Assembly: GCA_963740085.1 (NCBI GenBank)
Contig: CAVUCU010000001.1
Span: 1,490,184 to 1,554,183 of the forward strand
From: Nitrospirota bacterium
GTDB lineage: Bacteria > Nitrospirota > UBA9217
Length of the DNA stretch: 64,000 nt
Direction: 5' to 3'
Under the pieces are notes generated by a model that worked only from the letters and a program-made list of their open reading frames with translations, was not told the DNA's origin and did no database searches. How positions within the stretch are numbered: position 1 is the stretch's first letter; every line of letters starts with the position of its first letter. The translations under genes were made by a program, and so were the position numbers. This document shows positions 62,598 through 64,000 of this stretch, one piece after another.

Positions 62598-62626
62598 AGA
62601 ATCCTCGTCACGTCAAAAAAATAAAA

Positions 62627-62739
62627 GCTCACAAACCCGGGCTTCCCTGCGGCACACCCGGAACCCGTTTACCGCTGCTTCCTTCCGGACCTGACGGGGT
62701 TCACGGGACCGTGATTGCGCAGGACCCGGGCTCATGAGC
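62627..62739 (-). ncRNA. ffs: SRP RNA (4.5S, small type).
   Basis: Conserved domain IV GUCAGGUCCGGAAGGAAGCAGC. 15-bp terminal helix GCUCAUGAGCCCGGG/CCCGGGUUUGUGAGC. T-run terminator. Canonical position upstream of dnaX. Confidence 0.8.
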
Positions 62740-62744
62740 GCTAC

Positions 62745-62848
62745 TTTACGAGTCTTATGGGTCCATCGAGTTTATGGAGTCTAATGAGCGTTAATTCTTT
62801 TACTCGTCAGACCCGCCACCCGTGAGACTCTTAAGACTGGTTTCAATA
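62745..62848 (-). repeat. Repeat R1, a ~90-nt structured intergenic repeat between ffs and tRNA-Ser(GGA).
   Basis: About 75% identical to R2 and R3. Conserved hairpin with the compensatory pair ATGAG/CTCGT. Confidence 0.6.
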
Positions 62849-62936
62849 TGGCGGAGAGGGTGGGGTTCGAACCCACGTTAAGTTTCCCTAAACACGCTTT
62901 CCAAGCGTGCGCCTTCAGCCGCTCGGCCACCTCTCC
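62849..62936 (-). tRNA. tRNA-Ser (anticodon GGA).
   Basis: 88 nt with a long variable arm, encoded CCA and anticodon loop UUGGAAA. Confidence 0.9.
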
Positions 62937-63046
62937 GGTTTGCTTCAGTCTGTTGAGTCCATTGCGTTTATAGAGTCTAACGAGTTTTAATATCCTTTAC
63001 TCGTCAGACTCACCACTCGCTAAGACTCTTCACTATCGAAAGATCA
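62937..63046 (-). repeat. Repeat R2, a ~90-nt structured intergenic repeat between the two tRNA-Ser genes.
   Basis: Hairpin ACGAG/CTCGT with outer stem GTCTGA/TTAGAC on the minus strand. Confidence 0.6.
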
Positions 63047-63137
63047 TGGCGGAGAGGGGGGGATTTGAACCCCCGGTGGAGTTACCCCCACAACAGTTTT
63101 CGAGACTGCCGCCTTCAGCCAGCTCGGCCACCTCTCC
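63047..63137 (-). tRNA. tRNA-Ser (anticodon CGA).
   Basis: 91 nt with a long variable arm, encoded CCA and anticodon loop CUCGAAA. Confidence 0.9.
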
Positions 63138-63240
63138 GGATTGCTGCGGTCTGTTGAGTCCATCGAGTGCGGAAGGTCTAAAGAGTTTCGATTCCCTTAC
63201 TCTTCAGACCCTGAACGTATGAGACTCCTCAGACCTTCTC
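63138..63240 (-). repeat. Repeat R3, a ~90-nt structured intergenic repeat between the tadA stop and tRNA-Ser(CGA).
   Basis: Hairpin AAGAG/CTCTT, a double compensatory change relative to R2. Overlaps the tadA stop codon. Confidence 0.6.
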
Positions 63241-63702
63241 TCGTCGTTTTTCAAAAAACCCGGAGAGCACCTGACGGCATTCGGCCTCGAGCACTTCCGG
63301 CATGATTCGGTACACATGATTCAACCTGCTGTCACGCACCACATCATACACGGACCCGAGTGCGCCGGCCTTGCGGTCCCGGCAGCCGTAGACCAGTCTG
63401 TTGACCCGCGCGAGCACCAACGCGCCCGCACACATGAGGCAGGGTTCGAGGGTCACATACAGTGTTGCGTCAGTAAGGCGCCACCGGCCAAGCCTCGTCG
63501 AGGCCTCGCGGAGAACGATCAATTCTGCATGGGCCGTAGGATCCTGCCAGGTCTCGCGCATATTGTGCGCCCTTGCGATGACCTCGCCACCGAGAACGAG
63601 CACCGCGCCTACCGGGGTTTCACCGCACGCAGCGGCCTTTTCGGCCTCGGCCAGCGCCAGGCGCATAAAATCTTCGTCGGTCCTGTTCTCTGGTCGGTTC
63701 AT
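63229..63702 (-). CDS. tadA: tRNA-specific adenosine deaminase.
   Basis: HAE...PCxMC zinc-binding motifs (HAELIVLREA, EPCLMCAGAL). Adjacent to its substrate tRNA-Arg(ACG). Confidence 0.9.
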   Translation of the reverse strand: MNRPENRTDEDFMRLALAEAEKAAACGETPVGAVLVLGGEVIARAHNMRETWQDPTAHAELIVLREASTRLGRWRLTDATLYVTLEPCLMCAGALVLARVNRLVYGCRDRKAGALGSVYDVVRDSRLNHVYRIMPEVLEAECRQVLSGFFEKRREKV

Positions 63703-63704
63703 CT

Positions 63705-63781
63705 TTTTTTAATATGGTGCGCCCAAGAGGATTCGAACCTCTGGCCTACGGATTCGTAGTCCGTTGCTCTATCCAGCTGAG
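63705..63781 (-). tRNA. tRNA-Arg (anticodon ACG).
   Basis: 77 nt with encoded CCA and anticodon loop CUACGAA. Confidence 0.9.
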
Positions 63782-63856
63782 CTATGGGCGCAAAATAGAG
63801 CGCACAGATGCAGGGCTGCATCTGTGGACCGTTTTGCCGGGTTGAGCCTGTCGCGA

Positions 63857-64000
63857 CTACTTCGAAACGCCACCCACGAGCCTGATCGCGAGCTTCTCGT
63901 GGGGAAACGGATGGACATCAGGAAACTTGGAATAAAGCCAGCCTTTCCACTCCTGCTTGCCCGGCTCGGTCACCGCCACCTGCACTGCAGGATTGTTCGG
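63857..64000 (-). CDS. Partial CDS, C-terminal end only (...KFPDVHPFPHEKLAIRLVGGVSK*). Hypothetical.
   Basis: Open frame running from the window edge to a TAG stop at 63857. Confidence 0.3.
   Translation of the reverse strand, partial: PNNPAVQVAVTEPGKQEWKGWLYSKFPDVHPFPHEKLAIRLVGGVSK

Overview
This 64-kb window reads as a bacterial chromosome segment of about 58% GC. The gene content (pyruvate, indolepyruvate and 2-oxoacid ferredoxin oxidoreductases, MglA/MglB, radical SAM) suggests an anaerobe, possibly a Desulfobacterota-like deltaproteobacterium, but this is inference only. Most of it is ordinary core genome. Housekeeping genes recognised are prfC, dnaG-rpoD, mutS2, rpsU, argJ-argC, rpsI-rplM, rpsB-tsf-pyrH-frr and dnaX-ybaB-recR. 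Stable RNAs are RNase P RNA, SRP RNA and five tRNAs. A roughly 13-kb cluster encodes an aromatic/branched-chain amino-acid ABC uptake system, two PaaK-like aryl-CoA ligases, indolepyruvate:ferredoxin oxidoreductase IorAB, an amidohydrolase and thioesterases. A porGDAB 2-oxoacid:ferredoxin oxidoreductase operon lies further downstream. The most unusual region is 6.8-11.5 kb. An intact IS110-family transposase sits inside nested inverted repeats: a perfect 34-bp outer pair and an inner pair of ~280-bp imperfect repeats, which may fold into a structured RNA. These repeats enclose a cargo operon encoding a stand-alone RAM-domain protein and TrpB2. The architecture looks like an IS110/IS1111-type element with a 3' bridge-RNA-like region, next to an inverted copy that has lost its transposase. 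Other points of interest: three ~90-nt repeats with covarying hairpins interleaved with two tRNA-Ser genes and ffs; a short motif recurring in intergenic sites around the ferredoxin-oxidoreductase operons; a lipoprotein with two CxxCH motifs and Cys-rich repeats; and a response-regulator gene broken by two frameshifts. All calls are from reading the sequence; no database searches were run.
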